From positions 1 to 64,000 of the forward strand of contig JAUCBJ010000013.1 in assembly GCA_032718475.1 (NCBI GenBank): a stretch of 64,000 bases of DNA, in the 5' to 3' direction. How positions within the stretch are numbered: the first letter of the stretch is position 1; each line of letters opens with the position of its first letter. The notes under the pieces are model-generated. The model saw nothing but the letters and a program-made list of their open reading frames with translations, did not search any database and had not been told where the DNA came from. This document shows, piece by piece, positions 35,763 through 50,677 of this stretch. The stretch comes from Nemertoderma westbladi. Lineage: Eukaryota > Animalia > Xenacoelomorpha. Made by a program: the position numbers and the translations under genes.

Positions 35763-38700
35763 TGTTTTTTTTCTTTTAAGATTGGTTTTAAGCCATTCAA
35801 GGAGACAGTTCATACTTTAGTAGACGCGGACCTTTTACGCGATTTTGTGAATTGTTTTACATATGAGATTTATTATTGTTATTATTGTTTTCTTTCGCTT
35901 CGATTCAAGCTAAACCATCGGCAAACTTTAATGATAATGAATTTTCCCATTTCACGAACATTCATGAAATTTGATCTCTATTTCTGTAGATTTTATTTAT
36001 AGGGGGGGGGGGGGGGTAAACATGGCCCCCTCCCGGTATTTTATCTCAAGGTTCGATTATTTAGGGCAGCAGTAGAACCAGTGGCTTTAAGGATAGCACA
36101 TATGTCACCAAACTTGAACTTGCCGCTATAGGACCACCAAAGGGAACATGTAAATGGCATGTAACACTCTAAACCGAAAAAAGTGGTCAAATCATCAAGT
36201 TTTCAAAAGCATGACACATTATACTTATTTCAAAAGCTCAGAATTTTCTCTATTTTTAGTGCTAATCAGAGATAAAGCTAATTAAGACAGGACAAATTAA
36301 AAACTACAAACTGTAGTCTTGTACAATTTGTACAACTTCCAAGACTACATTGTAACCTTGGAAACTTGCTTATTACAGAGTATTTCATCTTTAAGCCCTA
36401 CGTACCTCTGTTCAGTTCATTCACTATACAGTATTATTGATTAGCCTAAATCAAACAATTACCAGTAAAAGACGGAACAGGCTCTACATAAATTTTACGA
36501 CAATATGAAATTTGCTTTCAGTATAGATCTTTCAATATCCTAACATTCAAAATATATACATTACAGAATTACGTTTACTCTTCTATAAAATTGATAAAAA
36601 TCAACCAAATTTACATAATTTCGATATTAGGCCGTCAACCGCAGGACAATTTATAGTGCAAACAGGCACTTGCTAACCTCCCTAGCTAACCTCTAGAACG
36701 AGAATGAACTGTGATACCCGTACTCCATGGTCACAAAGTACGTAAATCATGCCTATATATTATACAACCATGTAATTATTATTAATAATCGGTGGACAAG
36801 GCTACGGGACTATTCATAAGCGTACGGGAACCGCATTTACACTGGGGGGGGGGGGGGGGGGGGGACTTACTGCATATTAAGCCTAACACTATGTGTAGTC
36901 TTGGAAGCATAACCGGGGATTTTTAAGGATAGTCTCTGAATTTTTTTTATTGCCTTGAATTTTGATTTCATAGGAACAGCCTGTCTCTTTATTTCGCGTA
37001 GTTGTAAAAAACTTTATCCCAATTTCATACCGCTAATAAATATGGTATATGTATGATATGGATTTGATATATTTTGGAGGGTTCCAATTTTGGATGGAAT
37101 AGAACATAAAGTTTTAGTATATATAGAAAAATGATATATATAATATAATACCGAAATTTTAAGATAATTTTTTTATGCAAAGAAGTGGTTACAGAGGTTT
37201 TTCGACACATAGAATTTCCTTACACTTTATACTTGGGTTTCTTGTCGCGTTAAAATCGATGCCAATGTACTGAAAGTAGTTTACTGAACTGTAAATTATA
37301 TGAGGATCACATGGGTATGTAATATATTTGCATAAACTTGGTTTGAATTCTTCATTTTCGATCTATTATGACGCCAACTCTTCCAAAACAACACAAATTT
37401 TATTGTCAGGTCTACCTTTTTATGTATTTTAGGATTTACTTTCTCATGTTGTGTATATAATTAAATTTGTGCTACAGTTTTACAATTTAAATATGTTAAG
37501 GGCACGTGTTTGTCCATACATTTGACTATTAAACTTATGTACCTCTTCTGAGGAATTGGTTCAACAGAATGACTTGAAATTTGGAGGGGAATTAATTTTG
37601 CATGTGTCTCAGGCGTGGTAGCAGAATAAATAAAAAAAATTATTGTGATCACCAGAAATTTTCAAAGTGAAAAATGTTATTTGCAAAAAGTGAGAAAAAC
37701 ACGTATTTTGGCCGTTTTTTGTTATCTAACTTTTTAAATTTCTAACCCACATGTCTAAATGTGCTCCCACCTATAAAGGATTAGTAGAAGAACATATACT
37801 GAAAATTTCATACAATTTGGTCCAGTAGTTCCAGAGAAACAGGTACATGAGTGAAAAATAGAAACGAAAAATAAAATTCTGAGATAAAACCATTTAAAGT
37901 TTTCAAACCTTCCCGCCATTTTATGTTAAATGGAGGGATAATTCAAATTGTATTGAAAAAATAAGGAAGAATCCTTCCTAACTAAAATTTTCGATATGGG
38001 GGTTTTCTGGGGTGGTGATTGCATTTCCGATGTTAGTTTTGACGTTTGATGAATTCCAGTCTGTCTGTTTGTCGGACAATCTGTCTGTCTGTCAGTCAAT
38101 AATTTAGGAAACACACTACCGAACTGAAATTTAGGTTATGGGGGTTTTCCATGTCGGTGATTTCAACACCGAAGTTAGTTTTGACGTTTGAAGAATTCCA
38201 GACTGTCTAACTGTCAGTCTGTCTGTTTATCAGACAATCTGTCCGTCTGTCAGTCGAAATTTAGGAAAGGACACGACATCGCTAAAAATTGATTTAATGG
38301 GTTTTCCTGGTCGGTGATTCCATTTCTGATGTCAATATTTAAATATAATGGCTTTGTGTTGGGTCTGTATTCATGTCGGTCTGTCCGTCAAAATATAACA
38401 GACAGACAGACAACCTAATAGACCATGTAGAATCCTTTAACCGTTAAAACGGACATAAGAAATGGAATCATAGACCAGGAAAACCTCTACAACAATATTT
38501 TCAGTTGTGTATTTCATTCATTACTTTTTGACTGACAGACAGGCCAACAAACAGAAAGACAGACAGGCAGACATATAGACATGCAGGCAGGCAGGCAGAA
38601 TGACAGACAATCTAGAATGCATAAACGTTGATACTGGCATTATAAATGTGATCACTAAACAGGAAAATTCCTACAGTATGGCAAAATTGTACATTGCACG

Positions 38701-39760
38701 TGTTTCTTAAATTTTGTCAGACTGACCGACTGACAGCCAAACAGACAGCTATAACTCGAGAACTAAAAGAGATTTCGCTATGTCGTTTTCAGTTTTGAAA
38801 TAGCCATTAAATTTTGATACAGAATCCGTAAAAAAATTTTTTTTTATTTTTTTAAATTTTGCCCACAAACAAGTGCCCTTAAAGAGTAAAAAATTAGTTT
38901 TCGAACGATACTTGAATGACGAAAATACGTTTAGCGGTTCAAATGTTTCAACTTTGACCAAAATCTTGGACATTGAATTCCTTAAAGTGATACGTGCCAA
39001 ATACAAAATAATTAGAACAAGTATTTTTGATTTTTATTTTTGAAGTCTCCTGATGAGGAACTCCCTAATTATTATTATAACTACAGACTATAAAATTATA
39101 TATTTAAGTAGGCCAACAAAAGGTTACTTTCATTTAATTAACTTGACATTAAACTTTGCACCACAAATATCATATACTGTAACTATTCTATCACTCTTAT
39201 AACCGGTAACGTTAGGTATGTAACAGTGATATACTCAAAGAACCACCTACTAAATAAGTAAAGCATATAGGCCTAACTGACTCAATTAAATCAGCAATAG
39301 TTTGTACATCGGCACAATATAGATCCGCAAGACTGGGAGTGGAAGTTAATACCATAGCAATCTTCGCAGGTTGGAGTGGGGTCTCCAGGCCCATATGTCT
39401 GAGGTGTTGGTTGGGTTGTATATGGGAGTGTTTGTGGGATAAACGCCTCAGCACAATCCTAGAACGAAAAACGAAAATATATATTTTTTAATTAAACTGT
39501 TTAATAACTAATTACTAAATAATTAATTATGCACTCTAGCGGCAAACTAAAGAAGAAATAGAAGAAAAAATAGAAATACTTCTAGGAATAGTAATAATAA
39601 TTCTAGGAATCCTAGGAATAGGAATAGTTCAGCGTCATAAGAAAGGAACACCCCACAGTCTAGTACATTTCGTAGAAGATTAAGCCTGAACGATTATAAA
39701 CAATAAACAATAATAAACAATAAACAATAAATTTAAAAATGTTTTCTTTCTTCGCATTAA

Positions 39761-41198
39761 CCCTATTACCACTGGGGGGGGGGGGGGGGGGGGCGAATCG
39801 GCCCCTTCCTAGTTTTTAGTTGCTGTAACTATGCAACCACATTACGTACCGGCCCAATTTTTTGTGAGAATTAGCCAAATTTAATGCCGCATCTTTTGCA
39901 AAAAACGCCGTTGCAATTGGATTTCTACTTTTCGATGTGGGTGCCACCTCAAAATTTGGTCTCCAGCACCAAATTTTTTGAAATTTTCGAATTTTACAAA
40001 GTCATTCGTGATTTAGTAATTATTTATGTTTGGGCTATTTTTATTTATTTTTATTGGTTTGGATCACTCTAATGCTCTATACAAGTATGTAAGTGTAGTG
40101 GTACGTCATTTTTGGAGCACCAAAATTAGGGCGTGGCACTTTAAATTTTGAAAAATACGAGATTCTGAAAATACACTAAAGTTTTGATTTGCAAAGCATT
40201 TTTATAGGTTTTCTGGAGCGCTGAATCGATTGAAAGTAATATAGAAGCCTGAAGACTTAGTGGTTCGCCATTTTTGGTGCACCAAAATTAGGGCGTGGCA
40301 CTTCAAATTTTGAAAAATACGAGATTCGGAAAATTCACTAAAGTTTTGATTTCAAATTAATTTTATAGGTTTTCTGGAGCGCTGAATCGATTGAAAGTAA
40401 TATAGAAGCCTCAAATCCTTTGTGTACGAAATTTTCGGTGCACCAAAATTAGGGCGTGGCACTTCAAATTTTCAAAATTACTTTATTCGGAAAAAACACT
40501 AAAGTTTTGATTTCAAAAAATGGCTAACTTCTAAGTCTTCAGGCTTCTATATTACTTTCAATCGATTCAGCGGTCTGGAAAACCTATATAAATTCGTTAA
40601 AATTTCAATTTTGGTTTATTTTCCGAATCTCGTATTTTTCAAAATTTGAAGTGCCACGCCCTAATTTTGGTGCACCAAAAATGGCGAACCACTCAGTCTT
40701 CAGGCTTCTATATTACTTTCAATCGATTCAGCGGCCCAGAAAACCCATAAAGATGCGTTGAAATAAAAAAATTAGGGGCATTTTCTGAATATCAAATTTT
40801 TCAAAATTTGAAGTGCCACGCCCACTTCTTAGGTGCACGAAAAATAGCATCCACTTCAATTTTTGGAAGTGGAATATAATCACATTCGATTCAGCGTCTT
40901 GAAAAACCTACTAAATCTAGCCAACACTGCCACACTATTAGTTTTTAGAAAACGAAAAATTTTGTAATTTTGTCCTGGGACTACTTTTATTTTTCATCAA
41001 AATTATGAGTCCCTGCTTATGAAATTTTAACTTTTTAAGGTTTGGTAGTGTTCATCTATAGTTGTTTCATCAACAGCCCAAATTTTGTAGGATTTCATTG
41101 GACGACTACAAAAATATAGTGGGTGGGCCGAATCGCCCCCCCCCCCCCCCCCCCCCCCCAGTGGTGTTAATGGTAAAAAGACCCCAGTGGTAATAGGG
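39761..41198. mobile_element. Non-autonomous piggyBac
   Basis: TTAA TSD and TIR CCCTATTACCACTGGGG. Internal ~160-bp repeats in two opposed arrays. Confidence 0.9.
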
Positions 41199-41439
41199 TT
41201 AAGAGATTTCGCGCTCTGGCGGTAGATTGGAGAACCCAAGAACTGCAAAGCCCAAAGCAAATTATTTTCTAAACTTTTGACATGCTACATTATGCCGACA
41301 TTAGTCCGACAAAATTTGGTTACATTTAATTGAGGGTTTACTGAGTTATTATAAGGTAATTTTGACAGGAGTGTAAAATAATTAAATATTCTGAACTCCA
41401 GAACGCCAGACATACAAGCTGATTGATTGCACCCCTACA

Positions 41440-41602
41440 ACTACTACTAATACTGTATTAAGAATGCTGTGCCGGCTTGTTGACAAAATTGTGCGGCCAC
41501 AACTCCCTATCACCCATGACATTTGCTAGATCATCCACATCTTCAAGGCCAGTGTCCTTTAAGATGCGTCTCAAGAAAGTCATGGGCTGTCCACCATGCT
41601 TA
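41440..41602 (-). mobile_element. 3' fragment of an RTE LINE
   Basis: Reverse-complement match to the 3' end of the RTE copy at about 50038-50185. Confidence 0.75.
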
Positions 41603-42975
41603 TTCGCTCCATGAGGCCACCAAAGCACAAGAGGCGCCCCTCGACCTACGATAAGGCTCGCCAGGACATCATTATCGGTCCGAAAATTTTCAGATTGAGA
41701 ATTTACATGAATACAAAAACCCGAATTGAAAATTATTGGAACGCGAAATTTCGGTCGAAGAATTCAGTAGAATATAGATATCAAACAGAAGGTTTACTTA
41801 ATTTCGGCGCCTCATAGTATGGCTACCGATAATATTTAAACTGCGCTACAGCAATGGTAGTCCAGTTGGTCTGTAAAAATATAAATACATTGAATAACGT
41901 CACACATTATTTTTCTACTAAATTTAATGCTTGAATCATTATTTTTAAACAATTCCAGCGGCCTAACGAGCCTAAAAGATCCTCCCATTCATAAGATTAC
42001 TTCTTTTTCCACTAAAGTTTATCATTCCCAACTATTTTAACTGATCTAACGTTTTCTTCCCATTAGTGCTACAAATATTCTGTGGGTAAACTCTGGGGAC
42101 ATTTTTCTTATTTGCATCTTATTTAATGAAACCTAATAATAAGCGCAACCAACTGCCAACTGAACGTACCTTTATAAATAATAACACCATCAAAGTGCAT
42201 GTGAGGCGTATCATGTGTCCCATATTTAGCTTCTGAATTCAGTTATTCGAGATTTTAGAGTTAAGCAGTTGTCCCGTAAATGCTGTATGTTACGAAAAAT
42301 ATCTTGATTCTAACGAATAAACTATACTCAACCTGAAGCCACATAATATATAGATGTCTAATGTGGACAATCTGTACATTCAACCATTTGATATTGGTTG
42401 TAAACTAACAATAGGCCTATACATTGAATTGTGCAATCAATATCTACCAAATTTCACAGATTAACTTGATAAAATGCGCGAAAAATTGATTGAACACATT
42501 GTCCGTTCTCACATTATTCTTTCTATGTTACTAAACTGTATTATGTAAGTTATGGTGCAGTAACCGCGATTGAAGGTTTATCATGATCTGACAATCAGAA
42601 AAATACGAGTTTGTATTGCCAATAGCAATTAAAAGTTAAGTAATTATTGCTTGTGAGTTCCGCTTATGAACTTATGAGCTTGTTGAGCTTATGAATGCCG
42701 TTGGGTCTACATAGTTCGGAATCTCTTATTATTATCGTCCGGGTTCCACCCCGGTTGCTATAATTAGTAAAATGGCCTGACATGTGAAATAAAATTTACA
42801 GAGAGTACACAAAATATACAAGGTTAAAATTAATATGATAAATATAGACTATATATAACATAATAACGATATACATCATTGTATAATAGTTATAGTTCGA
42901 CACTAAATCAGCAACAGTAGAATGAATGGGCTGCGGGTTTGCCATTGGGTACTTTATTACAATTATACACAATTA

Positions 42976-43129
42976 CACCATGACCCGTAATATAGTGTCA
43001 TTTTCTGATGACACGGACCCCCACCCCCCCCCCCCCCAAAAAAAATTTTTTTCTACAAATCTTTATCATATTGCTTGAAATTTGAAACACCACTAGTTCA
43101 ACTCATCAACTATATTACGGCTCATGGTG
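42976..43129. mobile_element. Short internally deleted copy of the 23890-24820 family
   Basis: CACCATGACCCG...CTCATGGTG with TA flanks. Confidence 0.75.
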
Positions 43130-43294
43130 TACATACATAAATATATAAAGGTAAGTGTAACACAATATTGTCAATATTTGGTCCAGTAGAGTCAGTCTGA
43201 TATTATAAGTAGGGCCATGTAATATAAAGGCACTAAGATAAAGATTAGGACGAAATGAGTTTGGTTGACTGTATGTGGCGTATTAATGTTAGTA

Positions 43295-45833
43295 CGAGAA
43301 AGGCATTTCCTAAAGGAAATGCAACCACGAAGCTAAGGAAAATTAAACAAACGGCCACACTTTGGTTCGTTGCTTATAGCCTAGTTTAGTAGCAATTGCC
43401 AATAATTAACTTCTATTCCCATGGAAACTAGAGTTCTCTGGAACTGTGGGTTTTACCTTTGAAAAAAGATTCAGTCCAGATTGTGGTTCAGATTATAACA
43501 CATATACCGAGTTTCAGAAAATATTGTAGTTTATGTCCAAATTACCGATTTTCTATCAAAATGCATCTGTTTGCAGTGGTTGTCATGGAAACTGAAAAAT
43601 ATAATAATGTAATTCGGATGCAGAATAAGTCATATAGTGGGGGTAGGTCTTGGTCCCAAGTCATAATACTAGAAAGGCATTTCCTAAAGGAAATGCAACC
43701 ACGAAGCTAAGGAAAATTAAACAAACGGCCACAATTTGGTTCGTTGCTTAGCCTAGTTTAGTAGCATTTGCCAATAAATAACTTCTATTCCCATGGAAAC
43801 TAGAGTTCTCTGGAACTGTTGGTTTTACCTTTGAAAAAAGATTCAGTCCAGATTGTTTTTCAGATAACACATCGAGTTTCAGAAAATATTGTAGTTTATG
43901 TCCAAATTACAGATTTTCTATCAAAATGCATCTGTTTGCAGTGGTTGTCATGGAAACTGAAAAATAGAACAATGTAATTCGGATGCAGAATAAGTCATAT
44001 AGTGGGGGTAGGTGTTGGTCCCAAGTCATAATACTATTAAATTGTGCTTCAAATTATCATTTTATTAATTTTAACATCTGTTTACTCTTGTTGCTATGGT
44101 AAATGGATTTTCTAATTAACTTCGAACGGCTTGTATATGGACCTTATAGATGAGTTACAAAACCCCAAGTTTATATATATTACAGTTTTGCTAGAAATAG
44201 AGTTATCAATATAGACTTGAATGATATAGAGTTTAATAAACTACAGTTACCATGGTAACTAAATTTCTGGAATGATTTAAGTTTCACTAAAAGTTCCAAC
44301 TAGTGGTGCAGATAACACATACCCAGTTTTGTAAAATTTTATCGCGAAGTCTATGTCCAAATGAATAATTTTTGTATAAAAACATCTGTTTTCGGCTGTT
44401 GTCATGGTAACTGAAAAATAGAACAATGTAATTCGGATGCAGAATAAGTTATATAGTGGGGGTAGGGGTTGGTCTCAAGTCATAACACCTTGCCCTTAGG
44501 CCTCAAATTATCATTTTATAAATTTTAACATCTGTTTATCCCGGTTGCCAACGTAACTGGATTTTCTATTTAGCCTCAATCGGATCTGCTATGGACCTTA
44601 TAGTTGTGTTGCAAAACCCCAAGTTTAAATCTATTATAGTTTTCCTACAAATAGAGTTATAAATATTGACTTGAAATACATAGACTTTTTTTGAAGTCCG
44701 TTGCCATGGAAACCAGATTTTTCCTGGATATGAGACCCGGCCCAAAAGATGCGCCTCGCCGAGTAGTATATACATGCAAAATTTCAGGGTACTTTTAAAG
44801 GCTAGTTTTTTCGCCTATCAAAAAACCCCAAATCTGCCTCACACAAGTAAAATAGCCCACTATGAATAGACCATCTCAGCTAAGGAAAATCTTTCTTAGC
44901 GAAAGTAGTTGATTTTCCTTAGCTTCGTGGACTATTAACTTGTGCTTCAAATTATCATTTTATAAATAGTAACATCTGTTTAGTCTTGTTGCTATGGTAA
45001 CTGTACTTTCTAATTAACCTCAAACGGCTTGGATGGATATGGAAATTATAGATGAGTTACAAAACCCCAAGTTTATATATATTACAGTTTTGCTAGAAAT
45101 AGAGTTATCAATATAGACTTGAATGATATAGAGTTTAATAAACTACAGTTACCATGGTAACTAAATTTCTGGAATGATTTAAGTTTCACTAAAAGTTCCA
45201 ACTAGTGGTGCAGATAACACATACCCAGTTTTGTAAAATTTTATCGCGAAGTCTATGTCCAAATGAATAATTTTTGTATAAAAACATCTGTTTTCGGCTG
45301 TTGTCATGGTAACTGAAAAATAGAACAATGTAATTCGGATGCAGAATAAGTTATATAGTAGGGGTAGGGGTTGGTCTCAAGTCATAACACCTTGCCCTTA
45401 GGCCTCAAATTATCATTTTATAAATTTTAACATCTGTTTATCCCGGTTGCCAACGTAACTGGATTTTCTATTTAGCCTCAATCGGATCTGCTATGGACCT
45501 TATAGTTGTGTTGCGAAACCCCAAGTTTAAATCTATTATAGTTTTCCTACAAATAGAGTTATAAATATTGACTTGAAATACATAGACTTTTTTTGAAGTC
45601 CGTTGCCATGGAAACCAGATTTTTCCTGGATATGAGACCCGGCCCAAAAGATGCGCCTCGCCGAGTAGTATATACATGCAAAATTTCAGGGTACTTTTAA
45701 AGGCTAGTTTTTTCGCCTATCAAAAAACCCCAAATATGCCTCACACAAGTAAAATAGCCCACTATGAATAGACCATCTCAGCTAAGGAAAATCTTTCTTA
45801 GCGAAAGTAGTTGATTTTCCTTAGCTTCGTGGA
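43295..45833 (-). mobile_element. Helitron with a second copy (43669-44931) nested inside
   Basis: Same termini and hairpin as the 28771-33942 family. The host sequence resumes exactly after the inner copy. Confidence 0.85.
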
Positions 45834-45849
45834 TGAGGTAAAGTCGCGA

Positions 45850-48290
45850 ATCAAATCCATTTTTGTACTATATGAGGCGTCAGCATTATTTAATATAGAT
45901 TGGAAGTAAAGGCTGTAGAAGTAGACGTGTTCCTCTGGTGTCAAGGAGTTCAGGAGAAGTGGGAGTTTGCAATTGCGTGTGCAAAGTTTTAGTTTGTAAA
46001 TGTGGGTGGCCAGTGATGACAGCGATATGGTAAGCCCACCCTCCAAGACTTTATCATGTATGTCTTGTAAAGTTCAATGGTATCTTGCCCGCTAAGGTGA
46101 ATACTGAGTAGTCGGCCAAATAAGTAAGTCAGCTTTTCATTTTGACTATTAAATATATTATATATCGACCGGCATTGATGAGCACATATAGTATATGAGA
46201 GATCTGCAGATCCAAATAAGACATTTAAAACCGTATTATTAATGTAATTCCCATCATGTAGTATTGACCGCATACCCTTCCTACATGTAGTTGCTACATC
46301 ATAAATTGTAGTAGTACTCAGTGACGATGATCCGTAAGTAATGCTTGGGATTCATACAGACCTCCATATTGTTGCTGTCACATCTAGTAAGACTGAGTCT
46401 GGTTTTAGACCACGGGATGATAGCATTGAGCACTTCGTCCATATTTTTCTGATGAACAGGTCCTTGAGATTTTTATCTGTTCCGGTAGAGGTAAACCCAT
46501 ATATGTGCAGATTGCCTGAGAATAAAGGGTGTCTCGATTACCTTTAATGGTTCTCCAATAGAGGTGGAGCCATCTGGATTTGTTTTAATAAAGTGGCTTT
46601 TCATATTGAGTTCCGTTAATGAGTTTGTCAGTGTCATTGTTAGAGCCTCGATATCATGCTTATAGCTTGCAAGTATGATGATATCATTAGCATAGCTGAC
46701 AATTGAAAAAGAGTTATGTCCTAAGTGAATACCAAGACCACTGTTAACTATTTCGTTCATCATTGCAGTGATATAAAAGTTGAACAAGATGAATCCCTTC
46801 ATTATGTAAGTATCCGTCACAATTCAGGAATGCCAATTGAGTTTCTATAGTAAGATTCGATAGCATCCACTAGTTTATTATTTAACTTGGTCTGTCGAAG
46901 CTTGTCAAAAAGCTTTTGGTAGCTCACTTTATCGAAGGCTGATGATAGATCGAGGGAGAGCAAATTCTTCTTGTTGAAATATTTTATGAGGTTGTTGACC
47001 GTTAGATATGCAGATCCATTCGGAGCTTAAGTTTTCCTTATATCCCAGCTGGAGGTCATTTGTCGACATTCTTTCATATCTCCAACAATGGTAATCTCCC
47101 ACAACTTTGCAAGGGTTGCTTGAATGCTAATCATTCTTGAATTAGTTCCTGGTGCTGTCTGTAGTTTCTGATCCTTGCATGTCTTTGGAACAGCCGTCAT
47201 TAGTCCTGTGCACAGAATCTTCGGACATTCACCGCTATCTTTAATTTGGTTAAATACATCAGAAATAAATTTACATAGAGTTTGTGAGATCCCATAGTAG
47301 ATATGTTCTGATTGAATGTTGTAATAATCAGCTGTTTTCCCCTTATTTAGCGCTTTTATGTTTTCTTCGATGGTTTGTGCAGTCACTAGCTTATTAGGTT
47401 GTTTGGAGTCCTCATACGCCCCATCCACATTGCTTGTACACATACTATCTCTTGATGGTGAAACTTGATCAGCATTGAAGTGTATTTTGAGTTCATCATG
47501 AAGTGAGTCTGCCACATTGGAAAACATTGGTTTCTTCGGTTTGACCTTCTTTACCAATTTCCAGAACTGTTTTGGATTTTTGGTCGATTCTGCCAGCTCC
47601 TTAAGGTATGAGTTGTATGAGTGATACATGCTCTGTTGGTTGCTCTTGAGTAATGCAATGTGCATATAATGTTGGTGACTCTCTGTACCTGATGTCCACC
47701 CATGTCTCTTATGTATCTCTTTAGCTTCTTTCAGTTTCTTTTAACAATTTCGCAGTTCAATGTTATTTAAGATGCTACAGTTTTTCGGACCATATGATGT
47801 CTTTTTCTCTTCTGGTGCACTCTAATGCAAGGAATGTTTCTCCTGGATGACTCCAACAGGGTATCTGTAAGTTTCTTCAAAATTGTTTCTGGTTTGCTAC
47901 CCGTATACTGTTCAAAAGTGGTTAACATAGTAGCAATATCTGATTTGTAGATATTGATAGCTTCTGGAGTAGCCTTATTAAAGTAGAAGAGATCCTTTAG
48001 TCGCTTATGTCTGCGTTTGGCAGGAGTTGCAGAGGTTGACCGATTAAATGTGGCGTGGTTAGTGGATCCTCTTCAAATACCTTGATCCATAGATGGTTAT
48101 CCTCAATGTTCTGAGGGGTCAGGATGTGGTCAATATCACTTTTTCTTAAAATTACTCCATCTTTTGACTTAAAATAGTATGTGTATTCATTACCACTTTC
48201 GTTTATTGTCATATCTGAGACTATTATATTGTATTTAGACACAATTTGTTTCTCAAAAATCATGCCAAATTCAGTTTCATTAAAATTCAT
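45850..48290 (-). pseudogene. Decayed APE-RT LINE
   Basis: Endonuclease end (YTY...SDIDHIL) and RT motifs (DLSSAFDKV, SYANDII) spread over several broken frames. Confidence 0.75.
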
Positions 48291-49329
48291 TATAATAATA
48301 ATAATAACGCGCCATTTGGTGGTCTCCACTAAATGTTTGGATCTGACCTGACCAAGTTGGTGAACTACTGAAGATCCGAAGTGGGCACACTTGAGTGGGC
48401 CAATCGGAATCCGACGAGGCGGTGCCGACATTGGTATTTGGCTTTTGTACATTTCTAACAGTATGGAGTTGCTGGATTCTTACGGTATATTTAAAATGAT
48501 AGTTTATGAAGAGTTTATGAAGTGTTAAAGTGGTGGCGATGTAGCTGACAAATATATAAATAACACTCTTTTTGGCTCTCTCAAGTTGATCTGGAATTGG
48601 AACAATGTAATATTTCTTCACTCCTGCAATAATTTGGGTAGTTTGATGAGATTGCGGTGACCTGAATCGCGTGGCGGGATGTATTTTTTGTAAAACCACG
48701 AGGAAACTGTCGAAAAGGCGTGTTTAAGTGAGCGCGGGAAGCCAATTTTGGAAATCGGCTGTGATTGGCTGCTACAGATTTGAGGATAATTTTTTATCTT
48801 GGTTTCTATGAACAGCGATTTTCTATCCTTTCAAATACACATTTAATCTCAATCTTTCACACGCGGTTTATATCAATTGAAAACGGAGAGGAGAGACTTG
48901 CGCATCTTTTGACACTGTAATTAATTAAATTAATAATTCATAATGAGAAACATTGATAAAATTCTGTTCAGAATTGTAAACTCTGTAGATTGCCTGGTGC
49001 TGCTGTACTGTGCATCAGTGAGTACGAATTGCAGAGCAACACGTTCGTAGGCCAACCTTTACCTTTTGGCTTGGAATCTCAAGGTGCCGTGTTCAATCAC
49101 ACTTTCCGGTGAATTTGTTTTGGTACTGAAGGGGCCGCGTTAGTAAACGCGGCCTTTGAGCTTTTTCGCGCTTGTTTAATTAGTTATTAATTATTAGAAA
49201 GCAAATAATAATCCGGTCAAGTATTGATATGATGTTTCAAGGCCACGTATTAATCCACTACACCAGGGTGGAAATTATAGTCTTTAAAGTATTATTGAAT
49301 CCTGTATACCTCATGTTCTAAACATGTCC

Positions 49330-50230
49330 TTAGATCATCATAATGATGATGGGGTGATGATAACTCCACCTACTGGCTCCAGAAGTCAAGGAAATCCTGC
49401 CAAGTACCTAACTGATCTAGACTTTGCTGATGGCTTAGGAGAGTACTTTCAGAATAGCTCATATTAGAACAGGTTGCTTCTAGTGTTGGTCTTTTTATTA
49501 ACTCCAGAAAGACCAAAATTTTAACAGTTAACTTTGAAAGTCCTCAGCAAGTCTCTGATCGGATGAGCATAAGCTCAAAGGATGGTATGCTTGACCATGT
49601 GGACGACTTCTGTTACCTGGGATCATGGATCCGGAAGTCAGGTGAGGACCTTCGAATACGTAAGGGAAAAGTCTGGGCAGCAGCCTTGAATAGGCTTTCC
49701 AGGAATTGGAAGTCACCGAGAATTAATCGGATACTTAAGGTCCGATTATTTAGAGCAGCAGTAGCTACAGTACTCCTCTATGGGAGTCCATGCTGGGCTC
49801 TAACTGCTGAGGACACCAAATCTCTGGATGGCACATTCACAAGAATGCTACACCGGGTTCATTGTGTTAAGTACAATGCACACATCTCCAATCAGACACT
49901 ATATAACATTGGAGGTGTCTCATTGGTTCGCCCAAGCTTGACACTAGAACAAAATCGCCTCCGCTTTGCAGGACATTGCTTTCGCCGTGAGGACCAGCCA
50001 GTTCATAATCTTGTACTTTGGCAGCCTCATGGAGTGATTAAGCATGGCGGACAGCCCATGACTTTCTGGAGACGCATCTTAAAGGGCACTGGCCTTGAAG
50101 ATGCGGATGATCTAGCAAATGTCATGGTTGATATGGAGTTGTGGGGGCGCAATTTTGTCGACAAGCCGGCACAGCATTCTTAAAAATGCAGCTGCAATGC
50201 AGCATGCCGATCGAGGTAGTAGTAGTATAC
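49330..50230 (+). pseudogene. 5'-truncated RTE-clade LINE
   Basis: DLDFAD, DDFCYLGS, LLYGSPCW and RLRFAGHC motifs. Confidence 0.85.
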
Positions 50231-50677
50231 CTCATTCCAAATTCTTTAATACTGCATTAAAAATATATAGCTGTAGATATTATATATCATATAATTATTT
50301 TCGCAACTTGTAATATAATTTTCTGCCGAAAATATCGAAAATTATATACAGCTGCGAGTTCGTACTCTTTTTTTTTAATCCAATCCTCATTTTATTTACA
50401 ATAGTTAAAAAACTTTCAAACGAACAATAGGACATGACATCGTTATACACACGGATAAAATAAACCCACCACCAGCTGACTCGCCAATGGATAGTTTAAA
50501 TATATATATTTTACGGTTCCACCTCCGCATTAGCCATCACGATGGCTGCCTCAGCCCAAGTCACTTTGACTGGCCGCCTGGCTGCAGAGCGGCACCCACG
50601 TAAGCAGAGCAGCGCTGACCAAAGTAGAGTGAAGCTCAGGTTGCGCCTCACCCAGACAACGCACTCTGAGTACGGGA

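Noticed and set aside
36900-39070. Additional DNA transposon with CAGA-rich inverted segments
   Set aside because: Clearly repeat-derived, but matching termini and a TSD could not be established.
34030-41160. Long poly-G/poly-C runs as a dedicated G-quadruplex system
   Set aside because: They sit mostly at fixed subterminal positions of DNA transposons, and their lengths are unreliable in assemblies.
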